From assembly GCA_043228905.1 (NCBI GenBank), contig JBHGNT010000007.1, forward strand, positions 14,446,001-14,510,000: 64,000 nt of DNA, in the 5' to 3' direction. Under the pieces are notes generated by a model. That model made no database searches. It was not told where the DNA came from and saw only the letters and a program-made list of their open reading frames with translations. This DNA comes from Azolla caroliniana. Taxonomy: Eukaryota; Plantae; Polypodiophyta. This document shows, one piece after another, positions 26,301 to 40,326 of the stretch. Made by a program: the position numbers and the translations under genes. Each line of letters opens with the position of its first letter. The stretch's first letter is position 1.

Positions 26301-28583
26301 TAGCACATGGCAAATGATATATTCTGAGACCTCTTGGATGTTTGTTTGATCATCTATTTGGATGATCTACTGGTTTATTTGAAGGCCCAAGAAGAGCATG
26401 ATTCTCATGTACTGTTAGTACTAAAACGACTTCGAGAACATGATCTTTATGCTAAGCTGGAAAAATGTAGTTTCAAGTGCAACCACGTAGTATTTCTCGG
26501 CTATGTCATTTCCTCGGAAGGCATTTCCATGGATCCAGCTAAGGTCAAAATGGTGGTAGAGTGGTAGACTCCGCGTTCATTGCGAGATGTGCAATGCTTT
26601 TTAGGCTTTGCCAATTTCTACCACAAGTTTATACATGATTACTCAAAGCTTGTTTTGCCTCTCACACAACTTACCAGGAAGGGACAATCGTTCGTTTGGT
26701 CTGAAGAAGCAAACATGGATTTTGAGAGTCTTAAGAAGGCATTTACATCAGCTCCTATTCTAGCTCATGTTGATTTGGAGAAATCATTCATTATCGAAGC
26801 ATATGTGTTAGATTTCGCCTTGGGTAGCATTCTATCACAACAAGGCGATGATGAAAAGCTACATCCTGTTGCTTTCTACTCACGCAAGTTTGACGCCGCC
26901 GAAATCAACTATGAAATTCATGATAAGGAGCTATTAGCAATAGTGGACTCTTTTACGCAATGGAGGCATTTTCTAGAGGGATCTTCTCATCAAGTCACCG
27001 TATTCAGTGATCACAAAAACCTTGCCTACTTTCAGAATGCTCGTGTGTTAAATCGACGTCAAGATCGGTGGGCACAATTCGTCACTCGTTTCGACTTTAA
27101 AATTAGATATCGTCCGGGGAAGCAACAAGGGAAGGGAGATGCATTATCACGACGCTCGTATCTAGCACCACGTCTTGTCGAGCCAACTTTCGATAACCAA
27201 AAGCAAGTAATCCTGGGACCAACACGATTGCAAGCAACACATGTCTTCGGTATGCCCTTGGATTCCCACGTTATCGATACCATACGTGAGGACTTGAGGA
27301 CAAATGCTTTCACCCAAGCCATTCTAGCACAAATTGATCCCTCTCGACCATCTTGTTCACAGTCGCAACAACTAGGTACGGACTATCGACAATTCGAATG
27401 TCATGATGGATTACTATTCTTTAAGAAACTCTTGTATGCTCCTAATGGTTCTTGTCTCCTTCAAGTAGTCCAAAAATGTCACGACACATATATAGGTGGG
27501 CATTTTGGTAGTACTAAAACATTAGATTTAGTACAACGAGCATTCTGGTGGCCCCATATGCGACAATTTGTCGAAGATTTTGTTCGGACTTGTGATACAT
27601 GTTGCAGAGCAAAAATGCCAAGGTATTATCCATATGGTTTATTAGAACCATTACCACTTCCAAGCAAGCCGTGGTAATCCATTGCTCTAGAATTCATCAT
27701 AGATCTTTCGGTCTCTAAGGGATTCGATGCGATCTTAGCAGTGGTAGATCGATATACGAAGATGTCCCATTTCCTGTCCTGTACTAAGGAAATCTCCAGT
27801 GAGGAAACCGCCGAAACTGTCATGTGTGAAGTATGTCAACATCATGGCCTTCCCGATAGAATCATTAGCGACTATGGACCCAATTCGTCTCGAAATTCTG
27901 GAAGCACCTCTTTAAAATGCTCAAGGTCACTTGTAACCTCTCCTCTGACTACCACCCACAAATAGAAGACCAAGCAGAACGAACAAATCAAATGTTGGAG
28001 CAGTATCTTCGGTGTTTTCTAAGCTATCATTAGGATGACTGGGCGGATATTCTCCACTTCGCCGAATTTGCGTATAATAACTCTATCCACTCATCAACAA
28101 AGGTTACACCATTTTATGCTTATACGGGCTGTCACCCCCGATGGTGTGTATTTGAAACCCCAGAGCTACCCACAAATCCTTGTGCAGAGGATCGTTTGGT
28201 GCGGTTATGCAAGATACAAGCGGATTTATCTACTCATCTACAACAAGCTCAACAAACACACAAGGTTTATAAGGATCGTCATCGGCTTCCATCCAGTTTT
28301 AACATTGGAGATCGGGTATGGCTACTACAACGACACATCAAGACTACTCGCCCATGCAAGAAGTTGGATTATTGGCGATTAGGTACTTTCCGTATTATCG
28401 GAAAAATTAATGATGTCGCTTTTCATCTCGATCTACCTCCACAACTTCGAATACATCCGGTGTTTCATAGTTCTCTCCTTGAACCCTATCAAGACAACAC
28501 TATCCCAAGTCGTATTAAACAACCTCCACCCGTGATCGAACTTGAAGATGGACCTGAGTACAAGGTTGCCGCAATCCTTGATC
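23356..28583 (+). mobile_element. Tcn1-like chromovirus, 3'-truncated (5' LTR 23514-23927 with a 158-bp junction duplication; gag-PR-RT-RH-INT-start of chromodomain)
   Basis: Gag EPKIGLPMKFDG; CLYCGGPGHIAVNC; protease LLDSGA; [15 protein letters not shown]; RNase H NYEIHDKELLAI; integrase GHFG...CDTC; EYKVAAILD. Confidence 0.9.
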
Positions 28584-31265
28584 GAAATCGACAGAGATGT
28601 TGTAGAAGGATCAACCCACTGGACCTAATTAGCGATTCGACAAACCGTCGAAGAAAGCGAACCCAACGATCATTCTACCAAATCTAAATCAGCAAGAGGT
28701 CCACTAGTCAAAATTGATTCAACTACAAGATTGACAGGACACGAAAACGACAGAGTTGATATGACCAACTTGCGGAAACAAGCTGAGGTGCCAAGAGGCC
28801 AAGCCGAACCAGCCAAGGCACAATTCCCTCCGTCAATCACTCCTGAAAAAGGGGAGGATGATTCAACATCGTTGAAATCCTATTACAGGGGTGAGTCATC
28901 CAACATGACTCTTGAAGATGGTTCAAGTAATACGAATCGGCCGCCTAGACCAATTGAAGAAATCGAACCAAAAAAATTGGCACCCAAAAGATTTGGACGA
29001 GTTTGAAGGTCAACAAAATTTTATTAATCGGGTCTTGACTATGTCAACTACACAGATGTAGGCGAACCGAGGAAGCCATCGCTGCGTCAGATGTCGACAC
29101 ATGGCTACAAGCCATGCAATCCGAGATGGACTCGATTCATCGGAATCAAACATGGGAGCCAGTTGACTAGTCACAAAAGGATTCAAACGAGGACATGGGG
29201 TCTACTACAACGAGATATTCTCACCAGTAGTCAAGATGACCACCCTTCGACTCGTACTTGGGGTCATGGCAACTGAAGACCTAAAGCTTGAGGAATTCGA
29301 GGTCAAGATGACATTCCTACGAGGATATTTGGAAGAAGACATATACATGTCTCAACCAACAGACTTCATGGCGACAAGGGAGGAAGGCCGCCTCAGATGT
29401 GGTCCCAAAAGTTTGACTTCTACATCAGGCAGCTTGGCTACCACTGATCTAACTCTTACCCATGCATGTATGTTTGGCAACTGGCCGATGAGTCTTGGAT
29501 CTATTTGATCCTATACGTTGATCACAAGCTCATTGTAGGGAGCAATTGAGTAGAGATCAGAAGCTAAAGCGGAGCCTTCAGGACAAGTTCACAATGAAGG
29601 AACTCAGACAAGCCTGACACATACTGGGCATGAGGATTGCACGAAATAGGAAGACAAAGACTCTCCAGCTCTTCCAGTCCAAGTACATTCGAAAGGTGTT
29701 GAGGAGCTTCAACATGGAGAAATCAAAGCCAACACCAACACCACTTCTGACATCAATCTGACTATCGAACAGAGACTCTCCTTCGACTGAAATACGGATA
29801 ATCGGAAGTCGACATTAGGCTAACTTTTCACCTATGGTGGCGGTGCCATATCATGGTTGATGCTTCAATAGTGCATAGCCCTGTCTATAATAGAGGCAAA
29901 ATACATAGCAACATCGGAAGTAGCGAAAGAAGCAATCTGGCTACATGGATTGTCCGTCGATTTTTCTGCGACAAGTTGAAATAACCATCAAGAGTCGACC
30001 ATCTATTGTGACTCTCAGAGTACAATACACCTCATTCGAAATCCAGTCTACCATGGGAAGAGTACCATGGGAAGAGTCGACCATCATATCTGGGAGCTCC
30101 ATATTGGAGAGGTATATCGACCCCCACTCCTTGCAAAGCCGTAGGGAAAACCCTAAATTGTGATGCTAATATCTTGTGGAGGGATAAGACCTAAGTGTAA
30201 AATCCGCCGTCATGAGGTGACTTTTAATCAAGGGCCTCTGGTGGTTGTGTAGTTCACGCTTGTAACCGGTGTGACGTTTGCAATCGATATACCATCCACT
30301 TGCAGGTGACCGCCAACCACTTGGCAGGGATCAATGTGTAGCACATTCCTACCTAACTTGGCAACTCACATGCCATGGGTTTTGTGGTTGTTTGGATGCC
30401 TCACGCATTGCAAGTTAAGCGTGGTTGAGCCAAAACATTACTTGGATGGGTGACCTCCTAGGAAGTCCTGCTTACATCTACGGTAGCAATGGGTTTGGGG
30501 GGACCCATTGCTATCAAGTGTGGACACGCTCCATATTCGAGTGGTATATCGACCCGCACTCCTTCCAAAGTCGTAAGGCAAACCCTAAAGTCGAAGACTG
30601 ACCCAATCAGACGAGCTGAAAGGGCAAAGTCCATAGAATCGGACTGTCAAGAGGCTAATGATGCAACACTAAGCAAGGATGCCAACTCGACAAGAGATGA
30701 TCAAAGGGTGAACGAACCTGAAGACAGATTGCGGCTCCAGCAAGGAGCATAGAAGCAAGCACGAGAAAAGTAAACGATCAACCCGAGGCCGAGAGTCAGA
30801 ATCAGACATGAGTGATCTAGACAAATGAAACCGATTCAGATGCAAGATGATTCGAGAAAGTTGATACAACCGACTCAGACAAGCCTACCTCGATGACTTA
30901 GATCCTAGACTACTAGCCGAATTGGGCTAGATCTCGACTATACCTCTGTTGATTCGGCCATATGCCGACCGACGTGCAATCGTAACTTTAGTTTACAGGG
31001 GTGTTTGTTAGGATAAAAGACCGACTCCTTCTATATATATTGTATTCTTAGTGTGAACATGATCTTGAGCTAGAGCTTGAGTATAAAAGCTCACTCTAAC
31101 ATTATAATTGATGTACTTTTCGAGTTCAAAGATTATTGCAATACAGTCTTCCTTTTAGCATATCTCTATCTCTCACTCTCTCCCCTCCTATGGAATAGTC
31201 CATATTTACTCTTACATTGTCTATTGAACTAACCAACAGATCCTCAATCATCTTCCGCATCAACA
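28584..31265 (+). mobile_element. 3' half of a degenerate Ty1/Copia element (RT, RNase H, 3' LTR 31006-31265)
   Basis: VKMTFLRGYLEEDIYMSQP; EAKYIATSEVAKEAIWL; IYCDS; PPT and LTR start TGTTAGGATAAAAGACCGACTCC related to the Copia LTR at 36586. Confidence 0.8.
30095..30590 (+). mobile_element. Cassandra-like TRIM fragment carrying a 5S rRNA internal-promoter segment (30413-30469)
   Basis: AGTTAAGCGTGGTTGAGCC...TACTTGGATGGGTGACCTCCTAGGAAGTCCT matches the 3' half of plant 5S rRNA (A box, IE, C box); flanked by ~60-bp direct repeats at ~30097 and ~30529. Confidence 0.75.
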
Positions 31266-32380
31266 TTTCTACATATTATCTTCCATCAGATAGGTTGACC
31301 GGATGGTTGACGACAAGACTGACTAGTCGGACCGGCCAGATAATCGATGACAAGACTAACAAGTTTGACCGACCGGATGGTTGACGACAAGGCCGACTAG
31401 TCGGGCAGACTGGATGGTCAATGACAAGACTAGTGAGTCAGACCGACGGGATAATCGACATAGGAGTTGGCTAGTCGAATCGACTAGACTGTCAACTTGT
31501 GGGTCAAACAGTCGAGTCGACTAGTCAGGTGAGTAACTGTTGTTATTGAATAATAATAACAACTTATTCCTCCTATAAATATGTGGAGCTAGGGAAAACC
31601 TTAGTGTGTCTATTGTAGTAGGAGTGGAATAAAGCGTTGTCATGAAGATTTTCAGCAACGGTGTGAAAATCACGTGGAAAGGAGAAAACGGAGAAGGGTT
31701 CACTTTCACGGTTCTCTGACTGTTTTTTATTAGTGAGTTATCCCACATATATATGCAGCTAATACAACTGTCTCTATATATATACCAACTTATCTCACTC
31801 ACTCTCACACACCCACACACATATATATATTTGTATATACATATATATGTGTATATTTGTATGAACTTCTCTTTGGCCAACTACCTTTCGATCGAATCCC
31901 GTTTCGACTTTCGGTCGATTTCGGCCGACCGACTCTTGTTTCGGCTTTTTGACTGATTTCGGCCAATCGAATCTCGTTTCGGCCTTTGAAGTTGATTACG
32001 GCCAACCGACTCTTGTTTCAGTTTTCTGACTGATTTTGGCCAGCCGACTCTCCCACAAGGAGGGACAATCTTACATAACACAATTGACTTACCACAAAGC
32101 CAAGTTATTTCTTTAAAAAGTTGTATTTTCATCATTATACTTTTTCATATGTAAATTCTCATACATGAGAGCTTGGATGAATGACATGGTTATTAGGCAT
32201 CACATGTAATGCATGAGCGCCAAATGGCAAACATGCATCGCATGCATTTCATGCATCGCATGCATTTCATGCATCACATGCATTTCATGCATTACATGCA
32301 TTGTATGCATGTCTTGCACCCTCACATGTATCATATGCATGGGGGCATCTATAAAAGAGTGGAGGAAGAAGAAAAGAATC

Positions 32381-33608
32381 TGTTGGGAATATGGGGCTAA
32401 ATCGAGATGATTTAAACTTGAAGCACAATTAACACTAGATGAAACCACAAGACGAAAATGAAAGTACACCAAAATTTTTAACGTGGAAAACCCAAAATAG
32501 GGAAAAAACCACGGGAACCATAGGTTCCAAACAACTTCACTATACTTCTGAGTACAACGGAATACAACCTCACTAGAGGAATGTATCTACCTTAAGGCAA
32601 TGGCCTTGGTTACAACCTTCACCCAATCGGGTGGATATAATAACAAAGATTATAAATTGTGTACGACCTCTCTAGGTTTTGACTAGAGGAACGTACAAAC
32701 CTCAAGGCAACAACCTTGGCTATACAATAGTGGGTACAAATGAGTACAGACTCTTTAGGTTTTGACTAGAGAAAATGTCTTAGCCTCAAGGCAACAACCT
32801 TGGCTACAATCTTCACCCGATTGGGTGGACAATACAACAATAAGAACAAGAAATGTGTTAGCCTCAAGGCAACAACCTTGGCTGCAATCGTCACCCGATT
32901 GGGTGGATAATACAACAATAAGCACAAGAAATGTGCTAGCCTCAAGGCAAAAACCTTGGCTACAATCGTCACCTGATTGGGTGGATAAACCAACAAGAAA
33001 TAATCAAGATTATAATTCTTCGCCCAACTGGGTGGATGGAAAAACTAAGAAAAACGGAAATAAGAAAAACATAAAACAAAGAAACCTAATACAACAAGAC
33101 AACATAGCTATTGTTCAATTGTGGTTCTCTGACAACATGAACAACCCCTTGTAGGTCTCTGTCTCTACGTTGGTAGAACACTCTTCCTCTTGCTCACTCT
33201 TTCGTTTTCTGTTTTTCCTTTCTCTCTCTATTTTTCTGTTTTCTCTCTGTTTTCTGAATTGCTATATATTCTCAGAAAAAATCAGCACCTGCTTTGTTTC
33301 CTCCTTCTCCTTTTATCTTTTTCTCCTTGTTGTCCAACATTTATGTACCTGTGTTCACACACAAACGACACACACCAAAGAAAAAACATACAAAAGAGAA
33401 AAGGGCATACATATATAACTATATAAATATGATTATAAGTAATTATAACTTATCTCCTTCTTGGCCATATGCGCATTTGGTGCTTAGTCGACTCCCAATC
33501 GACTGTATGCTCAGTCGACTGCTGCCACACCACTGATTCTCAATCAGCCCTTCGGCTCTCAGCCGGATCCAATGTTGTGGGCTCCACTTGAGTGGACAAG
33601 TTCCTACA
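32381..33608 (-). mobile_element. Solo LTR (1228 bp, probably Copia-type) inside the 5' LTR of B, with 78-bp tandem repeats
   Basis: TGTTGG...CCTACA; perfect TSD GAATC; absent from the 3' LTR of B; 78-bp units at ~32770-33040. Confidence 0.85.
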
Positions 33609-36600
33609 GAATCATCAATAAATTAATCAAGGAGCTATGTAATCAATCAAGGAAACAATAATAAAAATCTAGTTATCTTATTTGTGATGTATCTTGTCTC
33701 TAAAAATTGAAGTAAATGGTTCAATCTCTATCTCAATCTGTCTCATAATTGGAATCTCCATCTCTCAATCTCTCTGTATCTATCTTAAATATTTTCTCAC
33801 TAAAGCTAGTACAATCTTCGAATCCTTCCGGTCAAGGACCCCAGTGGTCCCGCTTCATTTCACGAACACGCGAGGATTCCCTCGACATATTTCTTGGTGA
33901 ACCCTACGTGAAGAAGCGGTAGGAAGGATCAAGACGACGATCAACTGATACTTGGAGATGGCATCCTCAAGCCATCAAGCGGGAGAGTTCGAAAGGATGA
34001 TGGTAATCGTCGAACAAATGATGAGATCTTGGGACAACGATGCGAGCATGGAGAAGGCTATCGACCGTGTCGTGGAGATCGAGGGTCAATTTGATGGAAG
34101 ATATATTACGAAGTTCCTTGATGCATAGAAAAGGGAGATGAATCAGAGGGATGTGTCTAAAGCACGTCAAATCTCGAGTTTCAAGTGAGTTATCACCAAC
34201 AACATCCAAGGGCGGGTCATCGAGCTTCAAGAAGGGAAAACAACATGGTATGAGTTGGAGAGAGCAATATTAGCATAGTTCGTGACCGAGGATTTGTCGA
34301 GGATGACTCGACGTGTCTTGATGATGTAGATAGAGAAGAAAAATAAGAGGATCAGCGCCTCAAGGGTGTATGACGAGTTCGATCGGATGTTTAGTCATCT
34401 TCCCCCCACGGACCAAGTGCTTCTTGAGGACAAAACTTTGTACTTCCTGAAACCTGTGGATATGAAGGATAGACGAGAATTGGGGACTCTCCTTGAAGAT
34501 GATACCCAAGAGAATGGGCTTGCGACAGACTGGATTATGGTGAAGCGAGTGTCCAACAAGATCGACAAGCGTTGTGAATGTGTTGATGACACTGACTTGG
34601 CATGATTAAGTGGGGAGAAAACGGTCACGATAGCGAACATGAATCATCGGGGCCCGAAAGGAAAAGAACCCTTTAGATGTGTGTGGTGCGACAACATGGA
34701 CCACATGAGAAGGGATTGTGTGAACCTTCGAGAGGCCATTCGACAAAATATCGTATACATGGATGACAACATGATCTGCTTGAGTGAAACTCGAAGACCC
34801 TTGCGAGTGAATTTCGGAAAAGGGGAAATGAAGAAAGTGATGGAAGATGCTAAGGTGACTCGTGTGGATGCGATGCACTATGCTGCATTGGCCGGAATGA
34901 GAGTCGCAAAAGACGAAAATGAAGTTGCTAGAATGGGAACAAAGTTTTTGTCTATTGTTCTTGAGTATGAGAAGAAGAGGAAAGTTACTTCGAATGAAGT
35001 ACAGCTTGCGGACCGAAGTGTGCAAAGTATAACCGGATGGTCGGATCTAGTAGACGACAACACCATACTTGTGGAAGTGATGTGTGAAAGCCACGAGGTG
35101 TTTGTGGATGAAAAGAAAAAAAGAATGGAGGAGCAAAATAACCCATCAAAAAGACATGAAACAAGGAGCATGAAAAAGAAAGAAGATGCAAAAGCAAGTC
35201 GAGCTTTACGGACGAAGGATGGAGACTCAAGCCGGAAAGGGGAGTTGAGCAAACGAGTCAAAGAAACGGTTCGGCCAATGAGGGTTGATGTCAAAGACGC
35301 CACTCGAAAAATGTCAAATATGCCCACCTATAAGCTAAGGTCAGACATAGAGCAAACGAAATATTTGAAGAAGATCCTCGAGGAAAGTGTTCTTGATAGC
35401 CACGTGACCTTGTCCTTGAGGAAATTGCTCAGCATTACGAAGAAGGAGTTCCAGGATACGATCGTGGACCTCGTAAAGAGAAAAAGGCAACAATCGGACA
35501 AGGAAGAAGAGAAGCCACGAAAAGCAAAAGAAAATGCCATAACGATGGCAAGGGACGAAGTCGATGAAGATATGGTGGACAGACAGTATATTCAGCCTCA
35601 TTGGGCACGAGCATTGATGGAGACGCCAGTAAAGTTGGGAGAGAGAAAAGAGACAGTCGTAGCTTTCATAGACCATGGGTCCGAGATCAACCTTTTGTCG
35701 ACTGAGGTCTGCAAAAAGGGAAGACGACTCATAAATATGAATAATGGGTGGAAGATCTGTGCGGCTACGAAAGTTACCGAAGACTTGTATGGGGCATGTC
35801 CTAATACCCCCATCACGATTGGCGACGTTGAGATAGATCAACATTTTTTTGTTCAAGATTCGGCGTCCCATCCTATCATTCTTGGGAAACCGTGTATGGA
35901 AACCAAAGTGTTCAACAATAGTGTTGCATTTTCTCGAGAAAGGAGTCTTGATGGGAAGAAGGTCGTATAGTTCTTGACTATATGTGCCAACCATGAAAGG
36001 AATCGAGATTGTCTCGAAGAAGATGCTTCGGATTTTTAGGACGGGCTATTTGCGAGCGGGACGTGAATAGTCCAAAAAATCATATGCCCCAAGAAGAAAG
36101 AAAAATTTGCGAATTTGCGAAAGGAGGGTTGTACGTATCCTCTAATGGAGTGTGCAACATCAACATGTTTGTCAAAGAAGATAATTCTCGAATGCAAAGC
36201 TTCGAGGAAACCTTTAAAGAAGAACAAATAATGGAAAGAGATGAAAGCATCGAATGGGTAATGGAGGAAGCCTCATTTAACGACACCATTGGTGAAATGG
36301 AGAATGTCGTGGAATTGAGCCCTCGTAGCTAGGGATTAATTCAGAAAAACTCCATGGACATGTACGTTGCCATCGACAAGTATAGCAAAGAATGAAGGAA
36401 GTTGCTCGGGATCCAAGCCTACGGGATCTAAGAGGAATCAGACATGTATTCACTAAAGAGACAAGAAAAAGCTTCGTGTCGGGAAAGATGAATTTCTCTT
36501 GTTAGAAGAGGAAGTCACATTTCGGGAAATGCTTGAAAGACATGGGAAAGCATTTGCTTTCTATTCGAATGAAATCGGATGCGCATGTTGGCATAAAAGG

Positions 36601-39600
36601 CCGACTCCTTCCACTTTGTATCCTAGTGTGAACTCGTCCACATAGTTAGGGCTTAGTATATAAGCAATGACCTAACGTTGTAAAGTAGAACTTCTTGATC
36701 AAATTATCGGATATCGAGTCTCTGAGTGTGAGAGACAGAGAACATAATAGAACTTCCATTAAAGCTTCAATCTGTGTATATCTTTGCTTCTCTTTCTGTG
36801 TTGTTTTTTGAGTACGAACTGAGACAAATCCTCATACGTTTCCGCATACACTTGCTTCAACTGGTATTAGCGTGATCTGCTGCTCGGCGGCAACAGACAA
36901 CAGAAAAGGTTGAAACAAAAGACCAGGTTAGTAAATCTCACTTCCGAGAGAATCATGGCATCAACATCTGGTCCAAGAGTTGAAATCCAAAAATTCGACG
37001 ACAAAACATTGCCCTATGGAAGGAGATGATGCAGAACGTATTGATTATTCGAACACAGGTCGAGGCCATTTGACACTCCGAAAAGCCTACTCCAATGTTA
37101 GCCGATGAGTGGAGATCAGTAGACGAAATTGCACGCTCCACCATTTGAATGCACCCAGCCGAAAACATCGACTTCAGCATGGCAAAAGAGACGACAACGT
37201 TGTCATTGTGGGGAAAGTTACAAGCCAGGTACGAGAAAAAGTCCTCATCCTTAAAACTGATATTGATCAAACAACTATTCAACATGAAGATGAGAGAGAC
37301 CGATTCGGCTACCACCCACATCAACACCTTCAACTAGGTGTTCTCAGAACTCTCCTTACAAGGGATCAACTTCGAAGAAGAAGTGAAAGCGCTTGCCCTC
37401 TTATGGAGCTTGCCTACAAGTTGGGAGGTATTCTGTACGACATACGCCAAAAGTCGACCGATCCTAAATCTGGATGAGAAGATCGGCCAAGTCCTCATCG
37501 AGGACATTTGGCGAGAATCGATGGGACTTACCATCGATGAATTGGCAGAAGCCCATCACTCGATGGAGTTGTTCGGCCGACAGAGTCGAACGAGAGAACA
37601 ACCTGACAGAACCAGTCGAAATACCAACCGATCAAAATCAAGGGGAGATCGACAATGGTCGAAGTCGAGAACGGCCCGATCAGGTGAATTCTACACACAT
37701 TACATAAAAGCTTGCCACAATGTTTCCGACTGTTGGTCGATCAAGAGAAAAGAGAGTGGTTGGCGATCCAAGCAGAATCGAGGACGACCCGACTCCGACC
37801 ACTCTCCTACAGGCAACCAAATCAATGTTGCCCATACCCGATTAGGAGAAATTCTCTCCTTAGAGGATTCAGTGATCGGAGAAGTCCTCTACAATGCACA
37901 GGATGCACACACATGGCTATTGAACTCCGGTGACACATTCCATGTGATCCCGAACATTGAACGGTTCATGAACTTTTCAGCCGATGCCAGCGGCACAGTT
38001 CGACTAGGCAACGGGCAAGACTGCAAAATAGCAGGGACCGGAGAGGTCCCCATCAGATTGCCAAGGAGTCTCGTCTCCATCAACATGCTAGCAGGAGTGC
38101 AATAGAATAACCCTGCACCGAGTTCGGCACGTAGCTGATTTGAAAAGGAGTCTGGTTTCCATCGACATGCTAGCCGAAGACGGGTACAAACTGATTTTGA
38201 GTGAGTTGGTATGGATGATCAGCCGAGGAAACCTGAAGATAGGAGGAAAACAAAAGTATAGTAACTTGTACCCATTAATGGCGATCAATCCAGAAGGGGT
38301 CGTGAACGTAGCCGAAAAGACCGACCCAAACTTATGGCATGGTCGACTCGGTCACATGTCTCAAGCCAAACTTGATCGGCTGATGGCGGTCGACTACATC
38401 GGGCCTAAACTCCAAGCAAAGACAGACTTCTGCGAGGATTTTCGATATGGGAAACAAACCCGAAGTCCACACACTCTCCACTACGAGATGGTACGACAAC
38501 CCCTAGAGCTCGTGCACACAGGTATATGTGGGCCCATGCCAGAGCGATCACTAGGAGGCTCCTGGTACTTCATCACCTTTGTAGAATACTATACATGGAA
38601 GGTCTGGGCCTACTCGATCAGGTCCAAAGACGAAGCACTCGAGGTCTTCACTTGGTGGATATTTGAAGTGGAGAACCGGTCGAGACACAAAGTGAAGACA
38701 CTCAGATCTGACAATGGAGGTGAGTACACGTCCAGATCCTTCAAAGAGTACCTATCCAATAAAGGGATCGAGCATCAAAAGAATGGAGTGGTAGAACAGA
38801 TCAACCGAACAATCCAGGAGAGGGCGACGACAATGCTCCAGCAAGCCGGACTGAAGCTTGAATACTGGGCAGAAGCTTTGTAGATGGCAATATACCTAAT
38901 AAATTTGGCGCCGTCAAGAGCAATCAGGTTCAAAGTGCCATAGGCACTATGGTCAGGCAAACAACCGACCTACGATAGGCTCCGTGTATTCGGATGCGAA
39001 GCCTACACGTTCATCCCTAGGGATAAAAGGACAAAATTGGCACCCTATGCAACGAAATGCATATTTCTCGGTTATGGAACCAATGGGGAATTTGACTACA
39101 AGATATGGGACCATGAGAACCGGAAACTGATCTGGAGCAGTGACATAGTCTTCAATGAAGACTCTATCTTCCCTCAGCGGAACCACCAGAGAACAGTTGG
39201 TAAGAAGGTATCCTTCGAAGACGACAGAGTTATCATAGAAGAACCATCCCACCCAGTTTAATCAGAGATTCGACAAAAAGTCGAACTCGAAGACAAAGCC
39301 ATCAAAGATAGAGCCGATCCGACAAGAGTCAAACAAGGAAAAGTCAACAAGATGCGAGTAGGAAACATAACCGATTCGACACAGTCCAAAGGAGAGGACA
39401 ACGTGACACCAACAAAATCCCGACTTGGGGGTGGGTCACCTAACAAGATTCCTGACACAAATGGTTCAACATATACCGATCGCCCAACCGAGTCGATAGA
39501 AGAATCTGAACCACTTATCTTGGCGCGTAGGAGATCTAGACGAGCTCGAAGGCCAATAGAATTTTTTCAACCATACCTCGACTACGTCAACTAAACCAAT

Positions 39601-40326
39601 GCAGGCGAACCAAGCACTTATGAAGAAGCTATGACCGCAACGGACGCCGACACATGGCTGCAAGCCATGAGATCCGAAATGGACTCGATTCACAAGAATC
39701 AGACATGGGAGTTGGTTGAACTACCAGCTCGAAGGAAGCCGCTACCTTGCAAATGGGTTTTCTGATACAAATATATATCCGACTCAGGAAAACCCAAGTA
39801 CAAAGATTGGCTTGTCGTGAAGGGATTCAAACAAGAATATGGGGTCGACTACGACGAGATATTCTCGCCATTAATCAAGATGACCACCTTCTGACTGTTA
39901 CTAGGAGTTGTTGCGGCAGAAGACCTAGATCTAGAGTAGTTGGATGTAAAGACGACATTCTTGCATGGAGATCTTGAAGAAGACATCTATATGTCTCAAT
40001 TGGCAAGCTTCATGGCGACGGGGGAGGACAACCACCTCGTGTGTCAGCTAAAGAAAAGTCTATCAGGCTTGAAACAAGCGCCGAGGATGTTGTATTAGAA
40101 GTTTGACTCCTACATCAGGCACCTTGGATACCGCCGATCTGACTCCGACCCATGCATGTACACTCGACAATTGGCTGACAAGTCTAGGATTTATCTAATC
40201 CTGTACGTCGACGACATGCTAATTGCAGGAAGCAATCAAGCAGAGATCAGAAAGCTGAAGTGGAGCCTTCACAAAAAGTTCACGATGAAAGAACTCGGAC
40301 AAGCCCGTCACATACTGGGCATGAGG

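Noticed and set aside
20251-28583. Single Tcn1 element split by an inversion
   Set aside because: The two parts overlap by ~190 homologous bp, the LTRs are visibly diverged and the flanks do not form a TSD; more likely two copies
30413-30469. Functional 5S rRNA gene
   Set aside because: Only the 3' promoter half matches; there is no 5' half or T-run terminator, and it is embedded in a transposon
32200-32472. His/Met-rich or Cys-rich small proteins
   Set aside because: Translations of the CATGCA repeat inside an LTR
32762-33154. Repeat protein (26-aa units)
   Set aside because: 78-bp tandem repeat within a TSD-flanked solo LTR
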